Below are positions 35,949-46,549 of a stretch of DNA of 54,121 nt, piece after piece (position 1 is the first letter of the stretch; every line of letters starts with the position of its first letter). The notes beneath the pieces are model-generated. The model had not been told where the DNA came from. It saw only the letters and a list, made by a program, of their open reading frames with translations, and searched no databases. Origin of the DNA: Clostridiales bacterium (GTDB taxonomy: Bacteria > Bacillota > Clostridia > Saccharofermentanales > Saccharofermentanaceae); assembly GCA_017519205.1 (NCBI GenBank), contig JAFWSW010000109.1, positions 1 through 54,121 of the forward strand. The letters run 5' to 3'. Both the position numbers and the translations under genes were made by a program.

Positions 35949-37829
35949 ATGGATAACTCAAATACTTCCTCAGCGAGTTCTTTTCTGAAGAGATGCGGAT
36001 TTCCGCAGGTCCTCTTCATGCGCCTGCTGGGGATCTATTTTTTTCTGTCGGATATCCTGATCTTCTATGCGGCGAACAAGAAGACCGGCGTACTTAAGAA
36101 CTGGACGAAGTTCATCGGGATGTATTCTTTTCCTGTACTCGTTCTTATCTATGTACTTCTGTTTGCAGGCGTATCAGTGCTCTTTTACTTCATGCCGAAG
36201 AAGTTCCGGGCCTTTACCGAGTGTTTCGATCCGATCCTTCTGATCGTCTCGGTCATCGTGTTTTCCTGCGCGCTGTCCTTCCGCTCGGATGATTTCTTCC
36301 TGGGCGTGATCACAGGACTCTTTGCCGTGGTTATGGTCATCTATGGCGCTTCCAAAATGCATCCGGAACGGTTAAATTCACAGAAGAACGACTGGTTCAC
36401 CGCGGTTCCGGTGCTGGCGGTCGCCATATTCCTGATCGCCTTTGTCTGGGTGACCTCTGTGGCCATCCACAAGAGCTTCGGCACAGCGACCTTCGACATG
36501 GGTATTTTTACCCAGATGTTCCACTCGCTGAAAACGAAGTTTACGGCAGTGACGACCTGCGAGCGCGGTGTTGCACTCTCGCACTTCCGCATCCACGGCT
36601 CGTATATCCTCTATCTCCTTTTGCCGGTCTATGCGATCTTTCCTTCCGCAGAGACACTTATCATCTCCCAGGTATTCCTCGTTATTTCCGGCGTGATCCC
36701 GACATATCTTCTCGGAAAGAAAAAAGGAATTCAGGGAGCATCTCTGTTTTCTCTATGCATGATCTACCTTTTCTTCCTGGGACTTCTGGCACCGTGCTAT
36801 TTCCACTTCCATGAGAATGCCTTCCTGCCGCCGCTTCTGATGTGGCTGTTCTACGCGATCGAGAGCAGGAACAATAAGCTTTTCTATGTGATGAGTTTCC
36901 TGGTATGCATGGTCAAAGAGGATGCTACGCTGTTCGTGATCTGCATCTGCCTGTACCTTGCCTTTGAACAGAAGGGAAAAGACAGAAGACGCGCCCTGAT
37001 CACCGGTGGTGCGGCACTCCTTTATTTCATCCTCATGAGCATCTTCTTAACGAAGATCGGTGATGGCGAGATGATGACCAGTACGAGAATGAACACCCTG
37101 ATGACAGCAGAGGATCAGGGAGTATTCGAGATATTGAAGAACATCCTTATCAACCCGGGGCATGCGCTGACGGTGTTCTCGCATCAGGAGGCTTCTTTCC
37201 AGATGCTTCTTCAGATGATGTTCCCGCTGCTGTTTATGCCGTTCTTCACGAAAAAGACCCATCGGTTCTTCCTGATGATCCCGTTCCTGCTCTTTAATCT
37301 CGTGTTCGGCGCCGCCTATATCTACGCGTCACAGATCACCTATCACTACGCATTCGGTACATCGGCGCTTCTGATCTACATGGCGGTCCTGAATATCAGC
37401 GAGATGGAGAAGGATAAGAAATACATGATCCTTCTGGCCTGTGGGGCCGTCTCGGTGATTACGGCTTTTGCCATGATCTCCGGAAATATGAGCAAGTTCG
37501 AAAAGTACCTGAAGAATGAGGAGAAGTATCAGAACATCGAGGCATGCCTTCAGACGATCCCGGAAGATGCATCTGTCAGCTGTGACACGAAATATCTTCC
37601 GCATATTGCGCAAAGAGACGAGATCTACTCGATCAATTCCGACAGTTTCGTGCTGTCCGGACCGACTGTCGTCAAGCTGGTAGATGTCGGTACGACGGAC
37701 TATATCGTTCTGGATATGAAGGATGACCGCCAGAGACAGGCGAAGGATATCCTGATCAGCAGCGGATATACGGAATTCGCATCCGCCGAGGATACGATCA
37801 CCATTCTGGTGCTTCTGGAAAAGAAATAA
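35949..37829 (+). CDS. Large polytopic membrane protein (DUF2079-like, unverified)
   Basis: ATG 35949 after GGAGAG. About 12 or more TM helices plus a C-terminal soluble region. The FDMGIFTQ motif recalls DUF2079. Confidence 0.55.
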   Translation: MDNSNTSSASSFLKRCGFPQVLFMRLLGIYFFLSDILIFYAANKKTGVLKNWTKFIGMYSFPVLVLIYVLLFAGVSVLFYFMPKKFRAFTECFDPILLIVSVIVFSCALSFRSDDFFLGVITGLFAVVMVIYGASKMHPERLNSQKNDWFTAVPVLAVAIFLIAFVWVTSVAIHKSFGTATFDMGIFTQMFHSLKTKFTAVTTCERGVALSHFRIHGSYILYLLLPVYAIFPSAETLIISQVFLVISGVIPTYLLGKKKGIQGASLFSLCMIYLFFLGLLAPCYFHFHENAFLPPLLMWLFYAIESRNNKLFYVMSFLVCMVKEDATLFVICICLYLAFEQKGKDRRRALITGGAALLYFILMSIFLTKIGDGEMMTSTRMNTLMTAEDQGVFEILKNILINPGHALTVFSHQEASFQMLLQMMFPLLFMPFFTKKTHRFFLMIPFLLFNLVFGAAYIYASQITYHYAFGTSALLIYMAVLNISEMEKDKKYMILLACGAVSVITAFAMISGNMSKFEKYLKNEEKYQNIEACLQTIPEDASVSCDTKYLPHIAQRDEIYSINSDSFVLSGPTVVKLVDVGTTDYIVLDMKDDRQRQAKDILISSGYTEFASAEDTITILVLLEKK

Positions 37830-37849
37830 TCGGGCATCCCGCGCTTAAC

Positions 37850-37878
37850 TTGACTTTCCTCTTGACACCTAGTATAAT
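37850..37878 (+). promoter_or_regulatory. Sigma-A type promoter of rpmH
   Basis: TTGACT 37850-37855, 17-nt spacer, TATAAT 37873-37878. Confidence 0.65.
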
Positions 37879-37949
37879 TCTATCGCTATTTGTATCGATT
37901 ATTCGTGAAAAAAGGTCAAAGAAACTATTATTTTTGGAGGTAGATCCAT

Positions 37950-38084
37950 ATGAAAATGACATATCAGCCTAAGAAAAGGCAGAGATCCAAGGTGCACGGC
38001 TTCCGCGCAAGAATGCAGACAGCAGCAGGCCGCGACGTACTGAAGAGAAGAAGACTGAAGGGAAGAAAGAGTCTTACCGTATAA
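37950..38084 (+). CDS. rpmH: 50S ribosomal protein L34
   Basis: 44 aa, [44 protein letters not shown]. Below the ORF-track length cutoff. GGAGG RBS at 37936-37940. Confidence 0.95.
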   Translation: MKMTYQPKKRQRSKVHGFRARMQTAAGRDVLKRRRLKGRKSLTV

Positions 38085-38108
38085 GGATCACCCACGTGGT
38101 CCTTTTTT
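38085..38108 (+). terminator. Short hairpin plus T-run between rpmH and rnpA (partial terminator/attenuator)
   Basis: ggatcac / ccac / gtggtcc followed by tttttt at 38103-38108. Confidence 0.55.
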
Positions 38109-38136
38109 ATAAGGAAGCCGTAGTGGCCGGAAGTTT

Positions 38137-38517
38137 ATGTTGAAGACGACGCAGACGTTGCGATGGAATTATGAGTTCTCCCGGGTATATAAGCGGGGAA
38201 CCTTTGCGACAGGGAAATACCTGAGCGTGCACTGTTTTAAGCGCAGCCCGAATCTTCGGCATAACCAGACCCGGATACCGATCGATATCGTTCGTGTCGG
38301 TTTTACCAATGGACATGGCAGAAGGACGGCCGTAGCGAGAAACCGCGCGAAGCGTCTTTTGCGGGCAGCATTCTCAGTATATGAACCCCGTGTTCTTAAG
38401 GGATATGACATCGTTTTCCTGATGAAGGCGACGGTAGAACTTCCGACATATCAGGAAGTGGAGAAAGAACTCGGCAGGCATCTTCGGAAACTGAATCTGC
38501 TTTCAGACGGAGAATAA
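38137..38517 (+). CDS. rnpA: Ribonuclease P protein component
   Basis: 126 aa, basic. Position immediately after rpm[10 protein letters not shown] motif. Confidence 0.88.
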   Translation: MLKTTQTLRWNYEFSRVYKRGTFATGKYLSVHCFKRSPNLRHNQTRIPIDIVRVGFTNGHGRRTAVARNRAKRLLRAAFSVYEPRVLKGYDIVFLMKATVELPTYQEVEKELGRHLRKLNLLSDGE

Positions 38518-38519
38518 AG

Positions 38520-38729
38520 ATGAAGAAACTGGCGATCAGACTGATCCGGTTTTATCAGAATTCCAAAGGGCCCGATCATATCGGGCATTGCCGTTTTACG
38601 CCCACCTGTTCCCAGTACACGCTCGAGGCGATCGAGAAGTATGGTTTCCTTAGAGGGTCTTTCAAGGGATTTTGCAGGATCTTACGCTGCAATCCGTTTA
38701 GTAAGGGCGGATACGACCCGCTGAAGTAG
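38520..38729 (+). CDS. yidD: Membrane protein insertion efficiency factor YidD
   Basis: 69 aa. [10 protein letters not shown] motif. Confidence 0.9.
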   Translation: MKKLAIRLIRFYQNSKGPDHIGHCRFTPTCSQYTLEAIEKYGFLRGSFKGFCRILRCNPFSKGGYDPLK

Positions 38730-38748
38730 AAGTATTTAGGAGTATATA

Positions 38749-39795
38749 ATGGAGACAATATTTTCCCCGATCACTAGTTTGCTCGGATGGCTGGCCAGCC
38801 TGCTCTATGAGTTTTTCGGCAACTACGGTTTGGCAATCATTTTTCTGACGATCATCGTTCGTGGTCTTACAGTTCCGCTCAACGTACGTTCCGCCAAAGC
38901 CATGATGAAGCAGCAGGCTCTGTCCAACAAGCAGGCGGAGATCAAGAGAAAGTATCCGGATGACAAACAGAAGCAGCAAGAAGAACTGCAGAAGCTTTTC
39001 CAGGAGAATGGCGCTTCCACATTCTCGGGATGTATCGTTCCTTTCCTGCCGCTCTTCTTCCTGTTCCCGACATACTACATCGTCCAGAGACCTCTCCGTT
39101 ACATTACCGGTGTAAGCAGCAGCAACATCAAAGCTCTCGGTGAGCTCCTCAACGTTTCCGGTGTAAGAGCCGACAATATCAAACTGATCAATTTCCTTCA
39201 CAAAGACGGTAAAGCGATGTCGGCTGCTGTCAAGAGCGGCCTGATCAAGATGGAGCAGATCCCGGACATGAAGTTCCTGGGACTCGACCTCGGCCGTACT
39301 CCGACATGGAGCGTTAGCAAGATCTCCGATGAACCGTCGATCTATCTCCCGCTTCTCATCATCCCGCTCCTCGTTCTTCTGACCACGGTCCTTCAGAACA
39401 TCATGATCAACAGAATGAAGCCGGATGCCAAGCAGAAGAGAGAAGATAAGAAACGTGCCAAGAACAATCCGGCATTCAATGCTCCGGAAGAGTCTGCGGC
39501 AAAGACTGCAAAGTTCATGAACATCATCATGCCGGCTATCATGCTCCTTACCACATTTGCACTGCCGGCAGCCTTCGGTTTCTACTGGATCATCGGTAAC
39601 CTTATGGGTATCCTCCAGCAGGTACTGACATACTACATGTTCACCAAGCCTTACGAAGAAAAGAAGAAGGAACTGGCGGAACAGAAGAAGAACGTATTTA
39701 AGAAAAAGAAGAAGGCGGAGCTCGCTACAGCAGGCGCTGGCGCGGACGGTTCCGTAAGCACACCGGGTAAGAAATCCGGTAAGAAGAAGAAATAA
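38749..39795 (+). CDS. yidC: YidC/Oxa1 family membrane insertase
   Basis: 348 aa. Conserved 5-TM core, K-rich C-terminal tail, expected position in the cluster. Confidence 0.9.
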   Translation: METIFSPITSLLGWLASLLYEFFGNYGLAIIFLTIIVRGLTVPLNVRSAKAMMKQQALSNKQAEIKRKYPDDKQKQQEELQKLFQENGASTFSGCIVPFLPLFFLFPTYYIVQRPLRYITGVSSSNIKALGELLNVSGVRADNIKLINFLHKDGKAMSAAVKSGLIKMEQIPDMKFLGLDLGRTPTWSVSKISDEPSIYLPLLIIPLLVLLTTVLQNIMINRMKPDAKQKREDKKRAKNNPAFNAPEESAAKTAKFMNIIMPAIMLLTTFALPAAFGFYWIIGNLMGILQQVLTYYMFTKPYEEKKKELAEQKKNVFKKKKKAELATAGAGADGSVSTPGKKSGKKKK

Positions 39796-39842
39796 TAATT
39801 CGTGCGAAGGTTTTTCGTGCGGCAAGGAGGTATAGGCAGGCT

Positions 39843-40532
39843 ATGGAAAAGACTGTAACCAAGACCGCTAAGACGGAAGAGGAAGCAATCGAACTTGCTC
39901 TTTCCGAACTCGGGGTTGAAAGAGATCAGGCACAGGTAGAAGTTCTTGAAGAAGAAAAAGGTTTCCTGGGACTTGGCAAGAAGGAAGTTACTGTCCGTGT
40001 TACTGCGGATGTAGCGGATGAAGAGGAGGATGACGGCGACGTATACTACGGCGACGATGAGTCTTTCGAGGGCGATGAGGCCAGTGAGGCAGAGGACGCA
40101 GCTGTTTCTTTTGTAGCAGAAGTTCTCTCCGGTATCGGCATCCACGGTAAGCTTGATTCCTACCGTGAAGAAGATGTGATCCATATCACGGTAAACGGTC
40201 AGGACTGCGGTGCAGCGATCGGCCGTCACGGTGAGACACTCGATTCTATCGCATATCTTACAAATCTCGTAGCAAACCGTCACAGCGAGGAGAGACTCCG
40301 TGTTATCCTCGATATCGGCGGATACAGAAAGCACAGAGAAGAAGTGCTGATCAACATGGCACACAAGGCTGCCAACCAGGTACTGCGCAACAAGCGCCAG
40401 TATGCGATGGAGCCGATGAACCCGGCAGAGCGTCGTATCGTTCACGCCGAGCTTCAGGGTGTCAAGGGTGTTACGACACACAGTGAGGGTGAAGAGCCGA
40501 ACAGAAGAGTTGTAGTAACTCTCGAGCAATAA
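39843..40532 (+). CDS. jag: Jag/KhpB RNA-binding protein (Jag_N, KH, R3H)
   Basis: 229 aa. Acidic linker, GRHGETLDSI KH motif, ERRIVHAEL R3H motif. Confidence 0.88.
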   Translation: MEKTVTKTAKTEEEAIELALSELGVERDQAQVEVLEEEKGFLGLGKKEVTVRVTADVADEEEDDGDVYYGDDESFEGDEASEAEDAAVSFVAEVLSGIGIHGKLDSYREEDVIHITVNGQDCGAAIGRHGETLDSIAYLTNLVANRHSEERLRVILDIGGYRKHREEVLINMAHKAANQVLRNKRQYAMEPMNPAERRIVHAELQGVKGVTTHSEGEEPNRRVVVTLEQ

Positions 40533-40562
40533 GCTCCTTTTCCTGGGGGAGGCGATTCAGTT

Positions 40563-41993
40563 TTGGATAAGCCATATTGTGCATGTGCTACGCCACCCGG
40601 AGTCAGTGGAATCGCGGTGATCCGTATGGCCGGAGAAGGCTCCTGCGAGGTTGCCGATAAGGTATTCACGATCCGTCGTGCAGCAGGCGATGCACGTACT
40701 GTTTCCGGGATGTCCGGATATACAGTGGCATATGGACTTATCAAGGATCCATCTACCGGCAAAGTCGTAGATGAAGTTATGCTGACCCGCTTTTGTGCTC
40801 CCCATTCCTATACAGGTGAAGATTCAGTGGAGATCTCCTGTCATGGCGGTTTGACCGTGCGGCAGGAGATCCTTCGCGTTTTACTGGAAAATGGTGCACG
40901 CATGGCCGAGCCCGGTGAGTTTACCAAGAAGGCATTCCTCTCCGGCAAGATGGACCTGTCCCAGGCCGAGGCGGTCATGGATGTGATCGCTGCCGATTCC
41001 GATCTGGCGCTGCGTGCGGCCAACTCGCACCTCCAGGGTTCCCTGAAGACGAAGATCCGCGAACTGTGTGATGATCTCTACAGCTGCATGGCGGTCTTTG
41101 AGATGTGGATCGATGAGCCTGATGATGAAGATGCGCTAAAAGCACTTGCCCGCAACACGAATGCTCTTTCTTCCGCAAGAGAGAAGATGAGAGATCTCCT
41201 TTCGACCTACCGTCAGGGAAGGATCTTAAGTGAGCGCATGAATATCGTGATATGCGGAATCCCGAACAGCGGCAAGTCCTCGCTTCTGAACTACCTGAGC
41301 GGCTATGACAGAGCGATCGTTACGGATGTCCCGGGAACGACCAGAGATACTCTTGAGGTTTCAACATCGATGAGCGGAGTTCCGGTAAAACTGATCGACA
41401 CGGCAGGCATCCGAGAGACCGATGATGTCGTGGAAGCGATCGGAGTCAACCGGGCAACCGATGCACTCTCCGAGGCGGATATCGTACTGTGGCTCGTTTC
41501 CTGTGAGGAAGAAGATATCGAAGAGACTCTGATGGAGAGAATAATGAATCTTCCGAAGGAGACGAAGATCGGTCTTCTGATCAGTAAATCCGATACTGCG
41601 GATGAGTCTTCGATCGGAAAGAAGAAATCGATGATCGAAGATACGATCCGTGAGAAGAACTATTCCCGCGGACTCGACTTCTGCGGAAGCATCTCCGCGC
41701 AGACGGGTGAAGGAATAAAAGAAATCGAGGATCTTGTCAGAAAGACTTACGACGAACTCGGATCTGCCCATGCTCAGGAAGTCCTTCTGACGAACCAGCG
41801 CCATGTCGATCATCTCTCGACGGCTCTTACGAAAATAGACAGATGCATCGAGCTCTCAAGAGCAGGGGTCAGCCTGGAGGAGCCATCGCTTCTTCTTCGT
41901 ACCGCTCTCGAAGAACTCGGTGAAATAACAGGGGATTCGGTAAGCGATACTCTGGTAGATACGATATTCTCACGATTTTGCGTGGGTAAATAA
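40563..41993 (+). CDS. mnmE: tRNA modification GTPase MnmE
   Basis: 476 aa with TTG start. [20 protein letters not shown]-terminal FCVGK. Confidence 0.9.
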   Translation: MDKPYCACATPPGVSGIAVIRMAGEGSCEVADKVFTIRRAAGDARTVSGMSGYTVAYGLIKDPSTGKVVDEVMLTRFCAPHSYTGEDSVEISCHGGLTVRQEILRVLLENGARMAEPGEFTKKAFLSGKMDLSQAEAVMDVIAADSDLALRAANSHLQGSLKTKIRELCDDLYSCMAVFEMWIDEPDDEDALKALARNTNALSSAREKMRDLLSTYRQGRILSERMNIVICGIPNSGKSSLLNYLSGYDRAIVTDVPGTTRDTLEVSTSMSGVPVKLIDTAGIRETDDVVEAIGVNRATDALSEADIVLWLVSCEEEDIEETLMERIMNLPKETKIGLLISKSDTADESSIGKKKSMIEDTIREKNYSRGLDFCGSISAQTGEGIKEIEDLVRKTYDELGSAHAQEVLLTNQRHVDHLSTALTKIDRCIELSRAGVSLEEPSLLLRTALEELGEITGDSVSDTLVDTIFSRFCVGK

Positions 41994-42008
41994 GGAGACA
42001 GCAACGAA

Positions 42009-43988
42009 ATGGGATCTTGGGAACAGATGAAAGAACATGAATCCTGGTATGAGGCGGGAACATATGACGTTGCCGTGATCGGTGCCGGTCATGCCGGCTG
42101 CGAGGCAGCTTTTGCCTGCGCGCACCTGGGACTCTCGACACTTCTTCTGACACTCCATCTCGATCAGCTGGCAAATCTTCCCTGTAACCCGAGTATCGGC
42201 GGTACCGCCAAAGGACAGCTGGTACGTGAGATCGACGCACTTGGCGGCATCATGGGCGAGATGGCGGATCTTTCCGCGATCCAGACCAGAATGCTGAACC
42301 GGTCAAAAGGACCGGCGGTATTCTCCCCGCGTGCGCAGATGGACCGCGCGGCCTACAGCAGAAGAATGAAATCCCGAATCGAAAAAGAAGAGAATATATC
42401 TCTCGTTCAGGGCGAAGTTGTCGAACTCTTCTGGGAAGAAACAGACGGGAAGAAGATCCTGAACGGCATCCGCACCAGATCCGGCGCATGCTATCACGTA
42501 AAAGCAGCCGTCGTCTGTTCCGGTACATATATGGAGGCAAGAACGATCCGTGGCGAAGTGATCGTCGAGAGTGGTCCGGACGGCCTCAGCAGATCCGTCG
42601 GACTGTCCAGAAGTATGGAAGAAGCCGGTATCCGTATGCAGCGCTTTAAGACAGGAACACCGGTACGTGTCAATGCAAGGACCGTAGATACTTCCGTGAT
42701 GGAGATCCAGCCCGGCGAACCGGATATGCCGCCGTTTTCCTACAAAAACGAGATGGAAGGCTTTACGCCGAGACAGGAACAGACACCCTGCTACTCGGTC
42801 TGGACGACACCGGAGACAAGATCCGTCATCACGGAGAATATGGACAGATCCCCGCTATACAGCGGCGTGATCGAGGGCACCGGCCCGAGATACTGTCCTT
42901 CGATCGAAGATAAATTCATGCGTTTCCCGGATAAGAGCCGTCACCAGATCTTTGTCGAGCCGATGGGCGACGAGACACAGGAACTCTATCTTCAGGGATT
43001 CAGCACGAGTCTTCCGGAGGATGTACAGGTACAGATGGTGCACTCGCTTCCGGGACTTTCCCACGCACATATCCAGCGTGCCGCCTATGCGATCGAGTAC
43101 GACTGTATCGATCCGACCACCGCGGATCTGTCTCTCGAGTCCACCTGTCTGAAAGGACTTTTCACCGCCGGACAGGTCAACGGATCGTCCGGATATGAAG
43201 AAGCAGCGGCGCAGGGCCTGATGGCCGGTATCAATGCAGCGATGAAGATCCTCGGAAGAGAACCTGTGATCCTGGACCGTTCCCAGGCATATATCGGTGT
43301 TCTGATCGACGATCTGGTCACCAAGGGGACAAAAGAACCCTACCGTATGATGACCTCACGTGCGGAATACCGTATCTTCCTAAGACAGGATAATGCGGAT
43401 ATGCGCCTGACCGCGATCGGCCATGAGATCGGATTGATCGACGATGCGAGGTTCGGTGCTTTTGAAGAAAAAAGAAAAGCGATCGAAGAGGAAAAGACAC
43501 GTCTTCGTACGACTTTCCTCCCGCCGAGTGAGAAACTCCACGAGATCCTTACCCGCTGTGGAAGCACGGTCAACCAGTCCGGCATCTCGCTGATGGAGCT
43601 CATCAAGCGTCCGGAGATCCACTATGCGGATCTTGCGGAGATCGACGATAAGAGACCGGAGCTCCCCGCGTCTGTTATCTTCGCGGTCGAGGTGGATATC
43701 AAGTACGAAGGATATCTGGCGCTCGAAGAAGACCGCATCAAGAAGTTTGCAGCTCTGGAGAATAAGAAACTGTCACCGGATATTCCGTACGATAAGATCA
43801 CCGGACTGCGCCTCGAAGCAAGAGCCAAACTTGCCGAGAGAAAGCCGATGTCCTTAGGACAGGCATCCCGTATCTCCGGCGTATCGCCGGCGGATATTGC
43901 CGTGCTTCTGGTGTATCTGGAAGCAAACAAGCGGGAACTGTCCGAAAACAAAGAGATAAACGAAGGATCTGAAAAGAACGATGGATAA
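42009..43988 (+). CDS. mnmG: tRNA uridine 5-carboxymethylaminomethyl modification enzyme MnmG
   Basis: 659 aa. DVAVIGAGHAGCEAA FAD motif. Confidence 0.92.
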   Translation: MGSWEQMKEHESWYEAGTYDVAVIGAGHAGCEAAFACAHLGLSTLLLTLHLDQLANLPCNPSIGGTAKGQLVREIDALGGIMGEMADLSAIQTRMLNRSKGPAVFSPRAQMDRAAYSRRMKSRIEKEENISLVQGEVVELFWEETDGKKILNGIRTRSGACYHVKAAVVCSGTYMEARTIRGEVIVESGPDGLSRSVGLSRSMEEAGIRMQRFKTGTPVRVNARTVDTSVMEIQPGEPDMPPFSYKNEMEGFTPRQEQTPCYSVWTTPETRSVITENMDRSPLYSGVIEGTGPRYCPSIEDKFMRFPDKSRHQIFVEPMGDETQELYLQGFSTSLPEDVQVQMVHSLPGLSHAHIQRAAYAIEYDCIDPTTADLSLESTCLKGLFTAGQVNGSSGYEEAAAQGLMAGINAAMKILGREPVILDRSQAYIGVLIDDLVTKGTKEPYRMMTSRAEYRIFLRQDNADMRLTAIGHEIGLIDDARFGAFEEKRKAIEEEKTRLRTTFLPPSEKLHEILTRCGSTVNQSGISLMELIKRPEIHYADLAEIDDKRPELPASVIFAVEVDIKYEGYLALEEDRIKKFAALENKKLSPDIPYDKITGLRLEARAKLAERKPMSLGQASRISGVSPADIAVLLVYLEANKRELSENKEINEGSEKNDG

Positions 43989-44874
43989 GAAAAAGAGGAT
44001 CAAGCCGGAAGTAAAAAAGAAGCTTTCTCCGGAGCAGAAAAAAGCACTCCGCACGGGAAGCCTTGTTTCCGATGCGAAAAAAGCGCCGGAGACGAAACAT
44101 GAGCCGATCGTGACCAGCGAAGAGGATATCTCCCGGGCCAAGGAGATCTCGCCTTTTCTGACATCCGGCAGCAGCGATATCTCCGTGCCGCTCTCGGCCG
44201 AGAGCATCCGTGCGTTCCAGGTCTATGCGGCGATGCTCCGTAAATGGAACGAGAAGATGAACCTGACGAACATCGTAGATGATCAGGGTATCGCGATCCG
44301 CCATTTTATTGATTCACTTACGCTGGTTGCCCATATCGAGAACGAAGAGAAGAAGCAGGGAAGATCCGAACTGACTCTGATCGATGTCGGAACCGGTGCG
44401 GGTTTTCCGGGTATTCCGCTGAAGGTGACTATGCCGGAATTGAGGATCACGCTTCTTGATTCACTGAAGAAACGGATCAACTTCCTCGATGCTGTCTGTG
44501 AGCAGCTCCAGCTCTCGGGGATCGAGACCGTACACAGCCGTGCTGAAGACGGTGCGAAGAATAAGCAGTTCCGTGAGAAATTCGATATTGCTACCGCACG
44601 TGCAGTTGCTTCGCTTCCTACACTCTGCGAGTACTGTCTGCCGTATGTTAAGGTCGGAGGCGTATTCCTGGCGATGAAAGGACATGCCGAAGAAGAGATC
44701 GAGCAGGCACGAAAAGCGATCGTGACGCTGGGCGGTACGATTGAGGATGTTCATGAGTTCGTGCTTCCCGGAACCGATATGCGAAGGACGATCCTTCTGA
44801 TAAGAAAGATCCGCCCCACACCTGCTTCGTATCCGAGAAGCCAGGGTAAGGCGGATAAAGAACCGATCATGTAA
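43981..44874 (+). CDS. rsmG: 16S rRNA (guanine527-N7)-methyltransferase RsmG with about 55-60 aa K-rich N-terminal extension
   Basis: 297 aa. DVGTGAGFPGIPLK SAM motif. Start overlaps the mnmG stop by 8 nt. Confidence 0.85.
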   Translation: MDKKKRIKPEVKKKLSPEQKKALRTGSLVSDAKKAPETKHEPIVTSEEDISRAKEISPFLTSGSSDISVPLSAESIRAFQVYAAMLRKWNEKMNLTNIVDDQGIAIRHFIDSLTLVAHIENEEKKQGRSELTLIDVGTGAGFPGIPLKVTMPELRITLLDSLKKRINFLDAVCEQLQLSGIETVHSRAEDGAKNKQFREKFDIATARAVASLPTLCEYCLPYVKVGGVFLAMKGHAEEEIEQARKAIVTLGGTIEDVHEFVLPGTDMRRTILLIRKIRPTPASYPRSQGKADKEPIM

Positions 44875-44875
44875 G

Positions 44876-44904
44876 AAAAAGAGCCGCGGTCCGCGGCTCT
44901 TTTT
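44876..44904. terminator. Bidirectional rho-independent terminator
   Basis: aaaaagagccgcgg t ccgcggctcttttt palindrome flanked by A-run and T-run, between convergent genes. Confidence 0.85.
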
Positions 44905-44911
44905 GTTTGTC

Positions 44912-45775
44912 TTAGTCGGAAGGCTGCATATATACCGGCTCCGGATCGTGATCCATGATCAGGTTTCCGTTTTCGAACCGGAATTCGTAGAGATACAGAA
45001 CTCCTGCCGGATAATTCGGATCCTCGTAATCCGCGATGGTAACGTAGACCATCTTTGTTTCCTCATCGTAGGAAAGTCCGGAGATCCTTGTCCCGGTTCC
45101 CGGACGGGATGTATCCGGGGATATGTTCATTCTGTCCGGTCCGAGCTTCTGTTTGAGCTGGTTATCGACAAGGATCGTTGATCCGTCTTTAGAAACAGAG
45201 ATGGTGTGACCGTCTGCTTCGATAGTGACGACGTTGCTGATCTTTTTTTTGTACATCTCCACCTCGGAAACAGTTTCGCTGTTTTCGCCGTCGTTGTCCG
45301 CTGAAGTCGTCGTTTCTTCGTAGACTTCCGTGCCCTGGGTGGGCATCATGGATCCGTAAGAATCAGCTTCAGTCTCGCTTTCCTCAAATGCGGCATAGGA
45401 CGTAGTTTTTTCGCCCTTCTTATAGTCATCATCGCCGAGGATAGCATCGATTTCCGCGGTAACCTCATTGATCGCACTGTTATGTTCCTGAATCGGCATC
45501 CGGCTCTTGTTTCCCGACTTTTCCTTATCGCCCATGATCTTCGGAAGAATTACGATCAGGCCTCCGCAGATGAGAAGTGCACAGGCAACGGGAATCATGG
45601 CCTTAAGAAACAGGGAGGATCTCGCAGATCTTCTGGCGGAAGCTTTTTCCGCTTTTTCCAAAGTCTCCTGAGCCTGCTGTATCCTTGCGGCCTCGATAGC
45701 TCTTTTTGTCTTTTCCAGGAGCTCATCGGATGCCTGGATCGGCTCTAAAGATTTTTTCAGTTCGTCACCTAACAT
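44912..45775 (-). CDS. Putative anti-sigma factor (single-pass membrane protein)
   Basis: 287 aa. Starts 4 nt after the sigma gene stop. Cytoplasmic helix, TM (AMIPVACALLICGGLIVILP), extracytoplasmic domain. Confidence 0.6.
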   Translation of the reverse strand: MLGDELKKSLEPIQASDELLEKTKRAIEAARIQQAQETLEKAEKASARRSARSSLFLKAMIPVACALLICGGLIVILPKIMGDKEKSGNKSRMPIQEHNSAINEVTAEIDAILGDDDYKKGEKTTSYAAFEESETEADSYGSMMPTQGTEVYEETTTSADNDGENSETVSEVEMYKKKISNVVTIEADGHTISVSKDGSTILVDNQLKQKLGPDRMNISPDTSRPGTGTRISGLSYDEETKMVYVTIADYEDPNYPAGVLYLYEFRFENGNLIMDHDPEPVYMQPSD

Positions 45776-45779
45776 CGTC

Positions 45780-46346
45780 TTACTCCTTTCCCCAGTCTTT
45801 TAATTTCGCCCGAGCACGCATCAGACGGGAGCGTACAGTGCTCTCCGTGATACCGAGCTGCTTGGCGATCGCTTCGTTGTCCATATCAAAATAGAAACGA
45901 AGAAGTATCACATCTTTATATTTTGCCGGCAGTTTCTGTACCGCATCCAGAAGAGGATTGCTGGTATCCATCGCATCGATCAGGCGCTCTTCCACCTGAT
46001 TTCCCGGAAGCGGCTTGATCCGCTTCTTTTCCTCGCTGACCGGCTTCGTCTTATCCAGGAGATCTCCCATAAAACTCGTCCGCTTCATATACGAGGACTT
46101 CAGATAGTCCAGACAAACGTTTCTGGCGATGGACAGGATCCAGTACTTGATATCGCTGTCTCCGCGATAGGAATCGGACCTGGTCATGACCTTCACGAAC
46201 ACGTCCTGAAAGGCATCCTCGGCCAGGCTCTGCTTACGCAAATAGACGTTGCACATACGCAGTACATCGTTGCCGTAAAGTCGGAAAAGCTCTTCCACAT
46301 CAAGTGACTGCTTAAATCCGTTTGAGGTTGTACCTTCCATTCCCAT
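45780..46346 (-). CDS. ECF-type sigma-70 family RNA polymerase sigma factor
   Basis: 188 aa. Region 2 (AEDAFQDVFVKV...YWILSIARN) and region 4 HTH (NEAIAKQLGITESTVRSRLMRAR). Confidence 0.85.
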   Translation of the reverse strand: MGMEGTTSNGFKQSLDVEELFRLYGNDVLRMCNVYLRKQSLAEDAFQDVFVKVMTRSDSYRGDSDIKYWILSIARNVCLDYLKSSYMKRTSFMGDLLDKTKPVSEEKKRIKPLPGNQVEERLIDAMDTSNPLLDAVQKLPAKYKDVILLRFYFDMDNEAIAKQLGITESTVRSRLMRARAKLKDWGKE

Positions 46347-46549
46347 AAACGGTTTCTTTCTGCCTCACTAATCAGACGAGATACAAAAGTGCTTTGTTGC
46401 ACTTTCAAACTAAATTCGGAAAAGTTTTTTCTTTCCCGGACACACGATTTATTCTATACAAAAATCTTGATTTTGACCACCGAAAAACAACATGTTGTGG
46501 TAAAATAGAACAGGTATATTTTGAAATAAGGTATAAAGGAGAAAGACGC

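Noticed and set aside
37862-37878. TTGACA at 37862-37867 as the -35 for the rpmH TATAAT
   Set aside because: The spacer to TATAAT (37873) is only 5 nt. The upstream TTGACT at 37850-37855, with a 17-nt spacer, is the plausible -35.
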